This document shows positions 1-10,949 of a stretch of 45,353 bases of DNA, in pieces. Under the pieces are notes generated by a model that searched no databases, was not told where the DNA came from, and was given only the letters and a program-made list of their open reading frames with translations. Position 1 is the stretch's first letter, and each line of letters begins with the position of its first letter. Origin of the DNA: an uncultured bacterium. GTDB taxonomy: Bacteria > Ratteibacteria > UBA8468 > B48-G9 > JAFGKM01. The position numbers and the translations under genes were made by a program. The stretch is taken from positions 1 through 45,353 of the forward strand of contig CAYQXZ010000002.1 in the NCBI GenBank assembly GCA_964421645.1. The letters run 5' to 3'.

Positions 1-84
1 TTTATCCATGACCTTCCTCTCTTTTTAATCTCGGGGGAAATTGTAACATTTAGGCAGATTCCGTCAACTTCATTTGCATCCACG

Positions 85-1002
85 TCAACCTTTATCCTTT
101 CCCCCTTGGAAAGGGGAACCACAGGACCTGCAAAAGACGGCGACTCTTTCAATACCGGCGAGGTCTTTTTCACTGGTGAGAAACTTCATGCCGCAGTGTA
201 AATTCCTGACAAATTCCGCCTGACCGTACCCGATTTCCATTACAAGAAACCCACCGGCATATAAGAAAGAATCCGCTCGTTTCAGAATTTTCTCTATCAC
301 CCTTGTACCGCCGTCGCCTCCGTTCAGCGCCCTCAAAGGTTCTTTTCTGACTTCCTCATCAAGTGAAGAAATGTCAGAGCATGGCACATACGGGGGATTG
401 CTTGCAATTATATGGAACTTGTCTCCTTCCGCCGGAAAAAGATTCGCTTGTCTGAATTCTATCTTTTTTTCCACCTTATGCAATACGGCATTGAGACAGG
501 AGAGCTTCAAAGCTTTCAACGAAATGTCCGTGGCAACGACTGAACATTTCTCAATCTCTGCAGCGAGAGAAACGGCTACATTCCCGCATCCGGTTCCCAC
601 GTCTAGTATTTTCACGCGGGCCGGCTCAAGATATTTTTTATATAGTTTAAGTGTCTTCTCAACCAGAATTTCCGTTTCAGGCCTGGGGATGAGCACCCCT
701 TTTCTCACAATAAATTTCCGGCCGAAGAAATCCACCTCACCCGTGATGTATTGTACCGGCACATGAGCCGCCCTTCTCTTGAGCATACTCACGTATGTTC
801 GCGCAAGGTCTGCGCTGACAGTTTCCTCCCAGGAGGTATAGATGTGGTGCAGAGGTTTTTGCAGGATATGCGCAAGCAGTATCTCGGCATTTCTGCGCGG
901 TTGGTCAATCTTGTGTTTCTCAAGAAGAACGGTGCCTGATTCAATTAGCTGTTTCAGGCTTCTTTTTCTCCGGTGCCGGTTTGGCGATTGCCGTAAGGAC
1001 AC
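85..1002 (-). CDS. prmC: Release-factor glutamine N5-methyltransferase (PrmC/HemK family)
   Basis: SAM-binding loop ILDVGTGCGNVAV and catalytic NPPY motif (IIASNPPYVP). Same strand and operon as prfA. The ORF-track start is GTG at 1002 and overlaps the upstream ORF by 62 nt, so the true start is uncertain. Confidence 0.9.
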   Translation of the reverse strand: MSLRQSPNRHRRKRSLKQLIESGTVLLEKHKIDQPRRNAEILLAHILQKPLHHIYTSWEETVSADLARTYVSMLKRRAAHVPVQYITGEVDFFGRKFIVRKGVLIPRPETEILVEKTLKLYKKYLEPARVKILDVGTGCGNVAVSLAAEIEKCSVVATDISLKALKLSCLNAVLHKVEKKIEFRQANLFPAEGDKFHIIASNPPYVPCSDISSLDEEVRKEPLRALNGGDGGTRVIEKILKRADSFLYAGGFLVMEIGYGQAEFVRNLHCGMKFLTSEKDLAGIERVAVFCRSCGSPFQGGKDKG

Positions 1003-2785
1003 TTGAAGCGGCTCCTCTTATTTCAGGATAACTACCTTCTTCGCTTAAAAATTCAATAAGTCCCTGCATCTGCACATCGGGTCTCTTCGCTATGTATTCA
1101 CCAACGACCTCTATTATACCCGTACGCAGGCGTACCTCTTCCGCTATGTCCTGCGGATAATCCTCTTTAAGCCTGTTTACAAGGTTCTTTATGCCTGTAA
1201 AATCGCCCAGCCTTCCAAGGGTAAGGAGGTAGTAAATCCTTTCCTTCTCAATTCCGTATTCATTCCATCCTCTCTTGACAACCGGAAGCCCTTCCTTGTC
1301 CCTTATCTCGCCGATAACCCTCATGGCCTGCAGGGCGAAGACAACCTCATTCTTGTCCTCGTCGGTCTCCTGGTAGGTGTATTGCTGCTCCATCCCCGGC
1401 ATCATCATTTCTTCGGGAGACGGTCCTGCCGGCTGTACATTGATGGGCATCGTGATATCCGTTATTTTCTTTTCCTTTGCCTGCAGCAGCGCCACGTATC
1501 TCGCTTTCTGTTTCTCAAGATCCGTGGAATCACGGTCTATCTTTGCTATCTCTTCATTCTTCTGCTTTATGGATTCGTCTATCTTGCGGCCATCTTCTCG
1601 CAGTTTGGTTATTTCTTTCTCGGTCAGAGGCTTTTGAACTCCGGGAGCTGTCGTGCCCGGAGGCATCATCTGGAACTCCGGAGGAACGTCGGTGAACTGG
1701 AGCTTCTGGTCTATCTCCGCCTTCTTCTGTCCGTCCAGGCCAATATCCATGTTCAGCTTTATTTTGCGCGCTGCAAGACTGTCCAGCTTTGCAGTTATTT
1801 CATCAATGTTCTTCTTTGCCGCCGCTCTCTCCGCCTCTCTCTTGTCAACCATCGCCTTCAATATATTCTTGAGCACCCCGGAAACCTGCTGGGTCTTTAT
1901 CTTGTTGAGACTGTCCAGGGAAACAATCTTCATGTCGTACAACTCGTCCTTGTCCTGAATTATGTCAAGTATTGTGGTAATCGCTTCCGGGGTCGCCGCC
2001 TTTCCGAGCGCGTTTATGAGATTCTTTCTCACGGGCGGTTGTTCCTTGATCAGCTGGGTGAGGTCTATTATGTCCGGGGTGACTTTTACAAGCTCCGCCT
2101 GGTCATACAAACGCAGGACTGAAGAAGATTTCAATCTCACGGTTGCCGTGCCGAACCTGATCCGTTTCATGAGCTGCTCAATGGGAATCTTTGCTATTTC
2201 TTCTTTCTTCTGCTCTTCACCGGGCATCCCGGCAAACTCCGGAGGCATACCTTCTGGCGTCTTCCCCGTATCCTGCTTCTTCTGCTGTTCAAGATCCAGC
2301 TGTTTCTTCCTTTCATCTTCTATACGCAGCCACTTCTGTATCATCTCCTTGTTTCCAAGGTCTGCGTTGATAGTTTCCTTCAATTTCAGCGCATACTTCC
2401 CTGTTATGGATACGGGGACAATCTCAATCACCTTATTAAGCTTTGCGATGGCATCCTCAGTTTTCCCTTCAGACAGGTTCAGCAATGCAATGGAATAGTA
2501 GTAGTCCGGATTTGAGCCCTGAAGTTCAACCGCCTTGTTGTAATTCTCCAGCGCCTCTGTCCTCTTACCCATACTGTAATAGGCTTCACCGAGGTAATAG
2601 TACGCTTCGGACGAAGACGGCTGCATGCTCCTGGCGTTTTCAAAAATCCGTACGGCTTCTGCCGGCATTCCCTGTTTCAGAAGAATAACTCCGCTGTTGA
2701 CGACCTCCCTGTAATCGGCGGGGAAGACCATCGTGCAGATTATCACAAAAAACCCGGGAATAATCAGCCATCTGTTCCTTTTCAT
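941..2785 (-). CDS. N-terminally anchored TPR / coiled-coil / HEAT-like repeat protein, function unknown
   Basis: 614-aa ORF with a hydrophobic N-terminus ([16 protein letters not shown]). TPR-like repeats ([28 protein letters not shown]), a long charged coiled-coil centre and HEAT-like C-terminal repeats. Its ATG overlaps the prfA stop (ATGA at 2782-2785). Confidence 0.6.
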   Translation of the reverse strand: MKRNRWLIIPGFFVIICTMVFPADYREVVNSGVILLKQGMPAEAVRIFENARSMQPSSSEAYYYLGEAYYSMGKRTEALENYNKAVELQGSNPDYYYSIALLNLSEGKTEDAIAKLNKVIEIVPVSITGKYALKLKETINADLGNKEMIQKWLRIEDERKKQLDLEQQKKQDTGKTPEGMPPEFAGMPGEEQKKEEIAKIPIEQLMKRIRFGTATVRLKSSSVLRLYDQAELVKVTPDIIDLTQLIKEQPPVRKNLINALGKAATPEAITTILDIIQDKDELYDMKIVSLDSLNKIKTQQVSGVLKNILKAMVDKREAERAAAKKNIDEITAKLDSLAARKIKLNMDIGLDGQKKAEIDQKLQFTDVPPEFQMMPPGTTAPGVQKPLTEKEITKLREDGRKIDESIKQKNEEIAKIDRDSTDLEKQKARYVALLQAKEKKITDITMPINVQPAGPSPEEMMMPGMEQQYTYQETDEDKNEVVFALQAMRVIGEIRDKEGLPVVKRGWNEYGIEKERIYYLLTLGRLGDFTGIKNLVNRLKEDYPQDIAEEVRLRTGIIEVVGEYIAKRPDVQMQGLIEFLSEEGSYPEIRGAASSVLTAIAKPAPEKKKPETAN

Positions 2786-3852
2786 TGTAGTCGCCCCTTT
2801 AAGAGTTCTATCAGCTCATTCATGTCTCCCTCAATAATCCTGTCAAGGTTGTAGAGGGTCAGGTCTATCCTGTGATCCGTAATCCTGTTCTGCGGGAAGT
2901 TGTAGGTTCTTATCTTCTCGCTCCTGTCCCCGGTTCTCACGGATTCCCTTCTTTCACTATCAATTTTACTCTTTTTTTCCGATTCGTAAAGGTCTTGAAG
3001 CCGTGCCCGCAGGATCTTCATCGCCTTTATCTTGTTTTGAATCTGTGACCTCTCGTCCTGACAGCTTATGACCATCCCAGTGGGTATGTGGGTAATTCTC
3101 ACCGCGGACGAGGTCTTATTCACGCTCTGCCCGCCTGCACCGGAGGAACGAAACGTGTCAATTTTGATCTCCGATGGGTCAATCTTCAGTTCCTTCTCTT
3201 CCGTTTCAGGGAAAACCGCTACCGTGGCCGCAGAGGTGTGTATTCTTCCGTAGTTCTCGGTATCCGGGACCCTCTGTACGCGGTGAACACCGGACTCATA
3301 TCTCAAATCCCCGTAAGCGCCCTTGCCTTTAACCAGAAAAATGATTTCCTTGAAACCGGCGGTGGACTCGTGTGTGCTCAAGATATCCATGCCGTAACTC
3401 TTCTTCTCGCAGAACCTGGAGTACATACGGAATAAATCCCTTGCAAAAAGAGCGGCTTCCTCTCCGCCTATCCCTGCACGTATTTCAACTATTGCATTTT
3501 TCAGGTTCTCGGCCTTCTCGGGGAAGAGAAGTATCCTGATTTTTTCTTCGGCCTGCGTTTTTTCCAGAACAAGAGATTCCAATTCCTCTTCGGCAAGCTC
3601 CCTGATACCTGCATCTCCGCCCTTAAGAAGCTCTTTCGCCTCCGCTATTTTCCCGTTGAGGTCATCCCTTGCTTTCTTTAGGAGTATTATTTCTTCAAGC
3701 CCCCGGACATTTATAACGGCATCCTTGAATTCCGGGGACTTCTTGTCTCCGGAGGTTATTACACTGATGTACCTTTCATATTGTTTCCGTACGTCATCAA
3801 GCTTTTTTTCAAGCAGAACGGCATAATGTTGGTTCCCATTATTTGCTTCCAT
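2782..3852 (-). CDS. prfA: Peptide chain release factor 1
   Basis: GGQ motif ([24 protein letters not shown]) and RF1-type PxT tripeptide (RVQRVPDTE). The likely start is the internal ATG at 3852 (MEANNGNQ...); the ORF track extends to 3891. Confidence 0.93.
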   Translation of the reverse strand: MEANNGNQHYAVLLEKKLDDVRKQYERYISVITSGDKKSPEFKDAVINVRGLEEIILLKKARDDLNGKIAEAKELLKGGDAGIRELAEEELESLVLEKTQAEEKIRILLFPEKAENLKNAIVEIRAGIGGEEAALFARDLFRMYSRFCEKKSYGMDILSTHESTAGFKEIIFLVKGKGAYGDLRYESGVHRVQRVPDTENYGRIHTSAATVAVFPETEEKELKIDPSEIKIDTFRSSGAGGQSVNKTSSAVRITHIPTGMVISCQDERSQIQNKIKAMKILRARLQDLYESEKKSKIDSERRESVRTGDRSEKIRTYNFPQNRITDHRIDLTLYNLDRIIEGDMNELIELLKGRLQ

Positions 3853-4039
3853 ATTTTTTCTTGAATTTTTCCACCATGCCGGCGCTGTCAACGAGCTTCT
3901 GTTTTCCGGTAAAATACGGATGGCAGTTGGAACATATTTCCACCTTTATCTCCGGTTTGGTTGACCTGGTCTTCACGATGTTGCCGCAGACGCACACAAT
4001 GTTGCAGTCCGTGTAATTCGGATGTATCTTTTCCTTCAT
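3839..4039 (-). CDS. rpmE: 50S ribosomal protein L31 (zinc-binding type)
   Basis: 66 aa, MKEKIHPNY... with CxC...CxxC cysteines and the HPYFTGKQK motif. Confidence 0.93.
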   Translation of the reverse strand: MKEKIHPNYTDCNIVCVCGNIVKTRSTKPEIKVEICSNCHPYFTGKQKLVDSAGMVEKFKKKYGSK

Positions 4040-4055
4040 CTTTTACTTCCTCCCT

Positions 4056-4607
4056 TTATTTTCTCACGCTGTACTGAAAGGTATCCCTGTCCATCGGATG
4101 TTCAACGTCAGTGATTCCCTCTCCGCTGAAATACTTGATTGTCTTGCCGTTTATGAGCAGCTGCACCTTTGTCACGGGATAGAACTGCGTTGCGGTAAAT
4201 ATTATCTGCGCGAGCCGGTCCGTCATCATCTCCGTGCCTCCGCCCTGCTCTATGTCCCTGGAAAAGTCAAGATATACCGTGTCGCCGTCAATCGTAACAT
4301 TGAGCAGAACGGCGTTCTCCGCAACCGCGTTGGTCAGACCTGCCTCTTTTTCCTCTTCCGTAAGGCCTTTCAGCAGACTCTCAATGGCAAGCCTTATTTT
4401 TTCTTCCAGGACGTTTGTCCTCTCAATCTCTCTGCGCTGGGGAACGAGGTAAGACTTTTGCTCTCCCTGGTCGTAGTTCAGGAAATAAACAAAAACACCG
4501 GTCTCACCAGCCCTCCGGTTCCTCTCCTTTATAACCAGGAGAGACACCGCCATGATAATGAGCACCGCCAGCAACATGTATACGACAATCCTTTGCCTCT
4601 TATCCAT
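4056..4607 (-). CDS. GerM/GerMN-domain membrane-anchored protein
   Basis: N-terminal TM helix, then a GerMN-like pattern (YLVPQRREI...AIESLLKG...LNVTIDGDTVYLDFS...FTATQFYPVTKVQLLINGK). Confidence 0.7.
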   Translation of the reverse strand: MDKRQRIVVYMLLAVLIIMAVSLLVIKERNRRAGETGVFVYFLNYDQGEQKSYLVPQRREIERTNVLEEKIRLAIESLLKGLTEEEKEAGLTNAVAENAVLLNVTIDGDTVYLDFSRDIEQGGGTEMMTDRLAQIIFTATQFYPVTKVQLLINGKTIKYFSGEGITDVEHPMDRDTFQYSVRK

Positions 4608-4668
4608 TTTAGATTTCAGGTATCCCTATATTTTACTTATAATTACGGGAGGCGTCAACCCGGGGACG

Positions 4669-7290
4669 CTATATCTCCCGGAGGGCGCCGGTCTTGAGAA
4701 AAACGATGAACCTCTTTACTGCGGGTATGTCCGGGAAGATCCTTCTGGCAGCTTTCTCGTATATATCCATCTGTTCTGCCTGGCGCCCGGTGCTGCCGCC
4801 CTCCAGCTTATAGTCATATATGCAGCAGGTATTTTCTTCCCTGTTCAGGATAACCCTGTCAATCGCACCGGTATAGATCCTGCCCTTTTCCAGCTCAATA
4901 ATGAACGGCAACTCTGAAAAAGCTTCGCCTTCCGCGTGTTTTTCAACAATCGCTTTCAGCCGCGTATTTTTCTCAAGATTTTCATATACAGCCATAAGAA
5001 CGTCCCGTATCTCTCCGGCGTCATCAATTCCTGTTTTCTCCAGGTAGAAACGCGCCCTTTTTTCGTATTCCCGCCTGTCCGGTTTTATTCTGCCTTCGGA
5101 TATATCGCACATGAGCTTGTGCGCGGTATCCCCGGCAACGGTACTCTCAAAACGGTAGTATTCATGCTCCTTTTCACGGGTATACGAGGTAAGCATCGGA
5201 AAAACTTTATCCCCGGGGAAGCCTGTTTTCATCTCCTTCGCCTTCTTCTCAAAAGGCATGCCCGTGAAACATCTCACATCCGAAGGAGGGAATGTACTTT
5301 CAAATTTCTTCAGGCGGTTCAACCACAGGCCGCTGTCGGAGCCGCGCCTGTTCTTTACTCCTGAAACGAAAAGATACTGGCGCGCCCGGGTGAGGGCGAC
5401 GTAAAGCACCCGCTCCTCTTCCTCCTCCAGCATACTCCTGTGGGCATTCCTGTATTCCTCATCCGCTTCGCTTCTCAAAACAAACTTGTACGGGAACTCT
5501 GCTCCGGATGTTCTTCTGTAGAGAATTTCATCCTTCAAAATCACCCTTCCATCCTCAACGTTTATCAGAAACACTGCGGGAAATTCCAATCCCTTTGCGT
5601 TATGTACGGTCAGGATCCTGACGGCATTCTGGTGTTCCGAAAAAATGTCCGCCTTGGCCTCTTCGTCAGAAATCGCCACTGTCCTCAAATTCCTTGACAC
5701 CTGGTACAGCGGCAGGTCTTCCCATTCCTGAAGCAGCAGGAGGAACTTCTCGGTGTTGGCCTTCTGCTGTGTGCTCAGTCCGTCCCAGTATCCTGTCTCC
5801 TCCAGGATGAACTCAACGGTCATCGTCAATTCTTCCGAAGCCAGCCTCCGCCTCCATTCATAAACCTTCTGTTCCGTTATCCCGTAGACAGAATTACGCA
5901 GATTCCACAGCGATATCCTGTCTGTGGGATCGGCAATTGCGAAGACCAGGGCAAGCAGGAATATTATCTCCGGCTCGTTGTAGAACCCGATGCCTCCCAG
6001 AATGACAAAAGGTATCGCCGCTTCCTTCAGCTGCCGTTCCAGGATTAGGAAATTGTTACCGGCTCTCTTTCTCATCAATATGGCGATATCCCTGAACTCC
6101 ATCGGACGCAGCTCTCCTGTCTTCTTGTCCCGCACCGGATTCTTGCGGTTCACAAGTTCAAGTATCCTGCCGAGAATCCATTCGTACTCTTTCTTTTTCG
6201 CTTCCGGATTCTCACTGCCGTCAACCAGGTTTATCTCTATACTGTTCGGACTCCTCTTTTCAAGCCCGGTTGACAGAGGCTGTTCGTTCCATGGATACGT
6301 GTCTCCGAAAACATTGTTGACGAACTCCAGTATCAAGGGTTCGCTCCTGTAATTCCTCAAGAGCTTTTCCTCGCTGCAGTAATCGCTCAAGACTGCTCTC
6401 GCATCGTCAAAGACACTGCCTTCAGCACCCCTGAACTTGTATATTGACTGCTTCCTGTCCCCCACGAGAAAGAGCCCGTAAGACTCCCCTTTTTCCGCCT
6501 TCGCCCCGTAGCCGGAGAGCCACTCTTCCGCGAGCTTGTGTATAATCTCCCACTGGAGTATGTTGGTATCCTGGAACTCGTCCACGAATATATAATTGTT
6601 CTTCTCGTCAAAGTCCTCAAGGATCGTGAGGGACTCCGGGTATTCCGCAAGCATCCGGTACGTCAGTATCTCAAGGTCGTTGAAATCCAGCATTGAAAGT
6701 TCTTTCTTCATCCTAAAATGGACTTCGGATATGCGGCGGGAAAGCTCGCTTATCTCCTTTGAAAACGCGCCTTCCGGAAGACCCGCGGTGGCATAGGGAT
6801 GACACTTCCTGACGGCAAAGAGAAGAGCCTTGAGGGAATTCAGCTTGAAATCCTTCAACACCGACAGCATCCTTTTGCTGTCTCTACCGTTCAGAAAATT
6901 GTAGAAGGCCCTGTAATAGAGCAGGTCGCTCTGTCTCTCGTCTATGACAGTGAAGAACGGGTCCATGCCCGTGTAGAACGCAAACCTTTTCAGCATGATG
7001 CGGCAGAAGGAATGTATTGTGGATATCCGCAGTTTGAGCATTGCGTTTTCCGCGTCAACCTTCCCGGTCTCGGTAAGCCCGGGATATATCCCGGCGTATA
7101 TCTTCTCCAGCACCCGCATCTTCATTTCCACCGCGGCCTTCTCGGAAAATGTCATCGCGAGGATTTTCCGCATCATGGGTGCGGGATTATTTTTGTCAAG
7201 GATACCGGTGAACTCTCCCGTTATGCGGCTCGTCTTGCCGGTCCCCGCTGACGCCTCTATGATTACCGCCCTGAAGTCAGGCTTTTTCAT
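4669..7290 (-). CDS. addA: UvrD/AddA-type helicase-nuclease subunit A (compact form)
   Basis: Walker A ASAGTGKT, DExx box (FVDEFQDTN), UvrD-like motifs (LRNYRS, VHNAKGLEF, VALTRAR). C-terminal PD-(D/E)XK-like motif (GAIDRV...IYDYK). Overlaps the addB-like gene by 14 nt. Confidence 0.8.
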   Translation of the reverse strand: MKKPDFRAVIIEASAGTGKTSRITGEFTGILDKNNPAPMMRKILAMTFSEKAAVEMKMRVLEKIYAGIYPGLTETGKVDAENAMLKLRISTIHSFCRIMLKRFAFYTGMDPFFTVIDERQSDLLYYRAFYNFLNGRDSKRMLSVLKDFKLNSLKALLFAVRKCHPYATAGLPEGAFSKEISELSRRISEVHFRMKKELSMLDFNDLEILTYRMLAEYPESLTILEDFDEKNNYIFVDEFQDTNILQWEIIHKLAEEWLSGYGAKAEKGESYGLFLVGDRKQSIYKFRGAEGSVFDDARAVLSDYCSEEKLLRNYRSEPLILEFVNNVFGDTYPWNEQPLSTGLEKRSPNSIEINLVDGSENPEAKKKEYEWILGRILELVNRKNPVRDKKTGELRPMEFRDIAILMRKRAGNNFLILERQLKEAAIPFVILGGIGFYNEPEIIFLLALVFAIADPTDRISLWNLRNSVYGITEQKVYEWRRRLASEELTMTVEFILEETGYWDGLSTQQKANTEKFLLLLQEWEDLPLYQVSRNLRTVAISDEEAKADIFSEHQNAVRILTVHNAKGLEFPAVFLINVEDGRVILKDEILYRRTSGAEFPYKFVLRSEADEEYRNAHRSMLEEEEERVLYVALTRARQYLFVSGVKNRRGSDSGLWLNRLKKFESTFPPSDVRCFTGMPFEKKAKEMKTGFPGDKVFPMLTSYTREKEHEYYRFESTVAGDTAHKLMCDISEGRIKPDRREYEKRARFYLEKTGIDDAGEIRDVLMAVYENLEKNTRLKAIVEKHAEGEAFSELPFIIELEKGRIYTGAIDRVILNREENTCCIYDYKLEGGSTGRQAEQMDIYEKAARRIFPDIPAVKRFIVFLKTGALREI

Positions 7291-9922
7291 AAGGACATGC
7301 CCCCTTGTACTGGCAGTTGAAGCACGCTGACGGGTTCTCCGCCGTGAAACTTTCCTTCCCTTTCAAATATTCTCCCGCAGCGTTCTCAAGAAAATCCTCT
7401 ATCCTTTCAAGGTATCCCAGTTTCTTCCTGCCGTAGAACTTCTCGTTTCCCCCGGCCTTTTCTTCCAGGAAATCAAAGCGCCATATGCTGCCGCTCACCG
7501 CATCCGTCTTAAGCCTTTTTCCGTACATCCACACGTAGAGCGGCACCTGCATGTTGAACTTCTTAAAGAAATCATCTTCGGTATATGATGGAGGCACGGA
7601 CGTTCCGGTCTTTATGTCTATGATATTGAGTTCGCCGGAGGGCGCCTTCTCAATCCTGTCTATCTTGCCCTTGAGCCGCAGTGACGGAAGCTCAACGGAT
7701 ATCTCATATTCTGCGTCAACGAAGGTGCAGCCCCGGTGCTCTTCAATGATTGAGGCGAATTTCGCGCACACCTCTTCCGACCGCAAAGCCAGCACGTCCC
7801 TGTAGAAAGCAGATATTGCCCCCTCTTTGAAAAGCTGTCTGATGCCTTTTCTCACCTCGCCCCTGAAGTCGTCTTTGAGCGCTTCAACCTCTTCCCCGTC
7901 CATTGACCTGCCCTTATGTCCGAAGAAAATCTTCCGCATCACACTGTGAATGATGGTGCCCCACAGGTCCGGCGCCTCGTCTATTTCAGGCGGCCGGTAG
8001 GGTTTCAGCTTCTCAACAAACTGCAGGTAGAACCTGTACGGGCACTTCATGAGAATTTCCAGTTGAGTAACACTGATTTCCAGTTTCCCGTCAACAACAA
8101 ACTTCTTCCTGAACTTCTCCCCGGAGAACCGGAAACTGAAGAATTCTTTCCCCTCGGGTATAAACTCCTCTTCCCTGACAACCGACTCTTCGTACCCGAA
8201 AAGGAAGATGGACTTCATCCGGTTTTCTCTCCCCACCTTTGAAGGATACGTGAAAACAACGGTTTCGTTCTCGTTCTTAAGCCGGTACAGGTCAAGGCGT
8301 TCGCGGGCTATTCTCAAACCGTAATCCGTGAAACCCAGCTGTTTCTTCAGTGTATCGGGTATGAAAACCTCCTCCAGCGAGGGCGCACCCGGTATATTTT
8401 CCTCTGTAGCCCCGCCAACGATGCAAAGCCGCTTCTCCAGTCCGACGCTTTCCTGTACCCCGCTCACCTTGACGCCCGAACCTTTTCCCTCGTCCACCTC
8501 AACCAGCTCAAAAGCCCTGTTCAGTACGTTCACGAACTCTTCCGACGTAAAAAACGCTTTCTTCTTCATCTCGTGCATTACCTTCTCAAAGGAGAGCTTC
8601 ACTTCAGGGATACCCGGGTCCCAGCCCAGTTTCTCCGTGCAGGTCTCAACATCCCTGACCCATGACTTGAGGGTTCTCGGTTTGTCCCCGGTTTTCCCGG
8701 TAAGGGCCTTCATGATGGTGAAATTCTTTCCCTGAGCGGAGAGGAAGTTATCCATGAGGAACCCTGTTCTGGCAAAATCGTTTCTTGAGCTCTCGGAAAA
8801 CTTCTCCGACTCCCCGAAATCAATACTGCGAAGGTGCGGGCTCATGATTATGTTCATCAACGCATCCCATTCGTAAGTATCGCGGAAGGCGAAAATCTCC
8901 TGCAGGGCTGAAATTGAAGAATTCTTTGACAGGGAATAGCCCGGGAGTATCTCGCAGGGAATGCCGCAGCGCCTGAAGATCCTCTGGACAACCGGCCTGT
9001 ACGAAGGCATGCTCGGAAAAACCGTCATAACATCGTTGAGCGTGGCATCAGGTTTTTCCACAACGTATCGCCGGATTATCTCCGCTATTCCTTTCACCTC
9101 TTCCGGCTGCGACGAAAAATTGCAGCACTCTATCCTGTTTTCCCTGTCCCCGGCTTCAAACCTCCTCTCTTCCCACCGGCACAGGCCCTTCAGCCACGAA
9201 AGGGACTTTTCAAGTATCAGTTCCCTGACGTCCACCGAGGCTCCTTCATCATGACAGAAGGAGAAACAGACCTCCGGAGTTTTCTCAACCAGCCCTTTCA
9301 CGAATCCCTGCTGATACGGCGGAATCTCGCTGAACCCCTCAAAAACGGCCTTTCTGAACTTCAGCTCGCCTGCGTATCCCGATGCCGCCCCGTAGATATC
9401 CTCCATGTCCATCAGCTTCTCTTTCTCCAGGAACGTCTCATAGTCTTCCGTCACCTCAAGGGCAAAAAGCAGGAGCGAAAGGTTGTAGTCAAATTTCCAT
9501 CCGTATTCACTGACGCTGTTCCGGATCTTCTCAAAAGAGATCTCTCCAGACGTGGAAATCTTCACGTCTTTTATGAACTGCGAGATTGCCAGTGCAATGC
9601 CCGGCAGGGTATGCCTGAACCTGTTGTCGTGTTTCTTCTCCTTGAGTATCTGGAGGAGCGTCACGTATTTTTCCACCTCGGATATGATTCTCCTTTCCGA
9701 GTACCTGTCAATGAGCCCGGCAGCAAGGGTTCTTATGGTGTGAGCTGCCGGCAGTAGCGGGCTTTCCGGAAAGAATCCGTGGTACCGCATCTTGAAATCC
9801 CTGACCTTGCTCATGTGCGGCGCCACGTAGAGCATGTCCGGCGGAAATCCCTTGACGGACTCCGAGAGAAGCGCCTCGGTCTTGTTTCTGAATCTGAACG
9901 GGAATACCAGCAGTTTTCTCAT
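7277..9922 (-). CDS. addB: AddB-type PD-(D/E)XK nuclease subunit with C-terminal Fe-S cysteines
   Basis: Nuclease motif GKIDRIEK...LNIIDIKTG. Cysteine pattern C...CxxCxxxxxC (KCPYRF ... CFNCQYKGAC) as in AddB iron-staple domains. Paired with the addA-like gene. Confidence 0.75.
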   Translation of the reverse strand: MRKLLVFPFRFRNKTEALLSESVKGFPPDMLYVAPHMSKVRDFKMRYHGFFPESPLLPAAHTIRTLAAGLIDRYSERRIISEVEKYVTLLQILKEKKHDNRFRHTLPGIALAISQFIKDVKISTSGEISFEKIRNSVSEYGWKFDYNLSLLLFALEVTEDYETFLEKEKLMDMEDIYGAASGYAGELKFRKAVFEGFSEIPPYQQGFVKGLVEKTPEVCFSFCHDEGASVDVRELILEKSLSWLKGLCRWEERRFEAGDRENRIECCNFSSQPEEVKGIAEIIRRYVVEKPDATLNDVMTVFPSMPSYRPVVQRIFRRCGIPCEILPGYSLSKNSSISALQEIFAFRDTYEWDALMNIIMSPHLRSIDFGESEKFSESSRNDFARTGFLMDNFLSAQGKNFTIMKALTGKTGDKPRTLKSWVRDVETCTEKLGWDPGIPEVKLSFEKVMHEMKKKAFFTSEEFVNVLNRAFELVEVDEGKGSGVKVSGVQESVGLEKRLCIVGGATEENIPGAPSLEEVFIPDTLKKQLGFTDYGLRIARERLDLYRLKNENETVVFTYPSKVGRENRMKSIFLFGYEESVVREEEFIPEGKEFFSFRFSGEKFRKKFVVDGKLEISVTQLEILMKCPYRFYLQFVEKLKPYRPPEIDEAPDLWGTIIHSVMRKIFFGHKGRSMDGEEVEALKDDFRGEVRKGIRQLFKEGAISAFYRDVLALRSEEVCAKFASIIEEHRGCTFVDAEYEISVELPSLRLKGKIDRIEKAPSGELNIIDIKTGTSVPPSYTEDDFFKKFNMQVPLYVWMYGKRLKTDAVSGSIWRFDFLEEKAGGNEKFYGRKKLGYLERIEDFLENAAGEYLKGKESFTAENPSACFNCQYKGACPYEKA

Positions 9923-10018
9923 TTTGATTACTATCCCGGGGAAATTGATAAAGTTTCAAAGATGACGCATTCATATTATAATAAATGCTGGCCAATAAAT
10001 AAAGGAACCGCAGGTACC

Positions 10019-10942
10019 ATGGCGAAAAAAAGAAGCAGGGGGAAGAGGATTCAAAAGGGGATATTGCACTTCATCATATTCCTGTTTTTTGTCCTCAACT
10101 ATTATAAGATCAGGCTCATGCCCGCCGTTTTCTATCCCGTCTTTGCCAGGATAACGGGCCTTATGACATTCGGAACAATGAGAAAAAACAGGAAGTTGAT
10201 ACTGAAAAACCTGGACATCGCCTACGGAGACGGCATGAGCCGTGAAGAGAAAATCAGGATATGCAGGGAGATTTTCGTATCAATCGTTCTTGACCTGTGC
10301 GAGACCATACAGATAGGCAAGCTAACCGACCAACAACTGCTGGACACGACCGTCATTGAAGGAGAAGAAAATCTGAAGACCGCCCTGAAGCAGGGAAAAG
10401 GTGTGGTGGCAATATGCCCCCACATGGGCAACTTCCCCAAGCTCCAGGCGGTACTGACGAAGAAAGGACTGCCGGTGACCTACTTCTCAAGACCGCCCTC
10501 CGGCGACCACCTGGCAAGGTTCTTCAAGAGACTCATCGGCAGTGTCAACGTCCCCCTGATATACGTCGTTGACATGAAGAAAGCCATAAAAGAATCCCTG
10601 AAATGGCTTGCGGGCAACGGAGTCCTCGGTTTCTACATAGACCAGCACACCAGAAGCGGTGTCGAGGTAGCGTTCTTCAACAAGAAAGTCTTCTCCCCCC
10701 CGGGCGCCGCCACCTTCGCGAGAAAATGCAACTGCCCGGTCGTCGGCCTTTTCACCTACCGCATGAAAGACGGGAAGCAGAAGATAATCGTGGAAGGCCC
10801 CTACCCCATACAGAGAACGGGCAATGCCGCGCAGGACATACAGGTAAACACCGCCTTCTTCATGCAGAGGGTTGAACACTACGTGAGACAGCATCCGGAA
10901 CAGTGGTTTACCTGGCTAAGCAAACGCTTCCGCACCCCTTAA
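10019..10942 (+). CDS. Lysophospholipid / lipid A acyltransferase (LpxL/HtrB family)
   Basis: ICPHMGNFP (HxxxxE/D-type acyltransferase box region) and family-typical C-terminus QHPEQWFTWLSKRF. The preferred start is the in-frame ATG at 10019 (MAKKRSRGK...) followed by a TM helix; the ORF track begins at 9779. Confidence 0.75.
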   Translation: MAKKRSRGKRIQKGILHFIIFLFFVLNYYKIRLMPAVFYPVFARITGLMTFGTMRKNRKLILKNLDIAYGDGMSREEKIRICREIFVSIVLDLCETIQIGKLTDQQLLDTTVIEGEENLKTALKQGKGVVAICPHMGNFPKLQAVLTKKGLPVTYFSRPPSGDHLARFFKRLIGSVNVPLIYVVDMKKAIKESLKWLAGNGVLGFYIDQHTRSGVEVAFFNKKVFSPPGAATFARKCNCPVVGLFTYRMKDGKQKIIVEGPYPIQRTGNAAQDIQVNTAFFMQRVEHYVRQHPEQWFTWLSKRFRTP

Positions 10943-10949
10943 GCCCACT

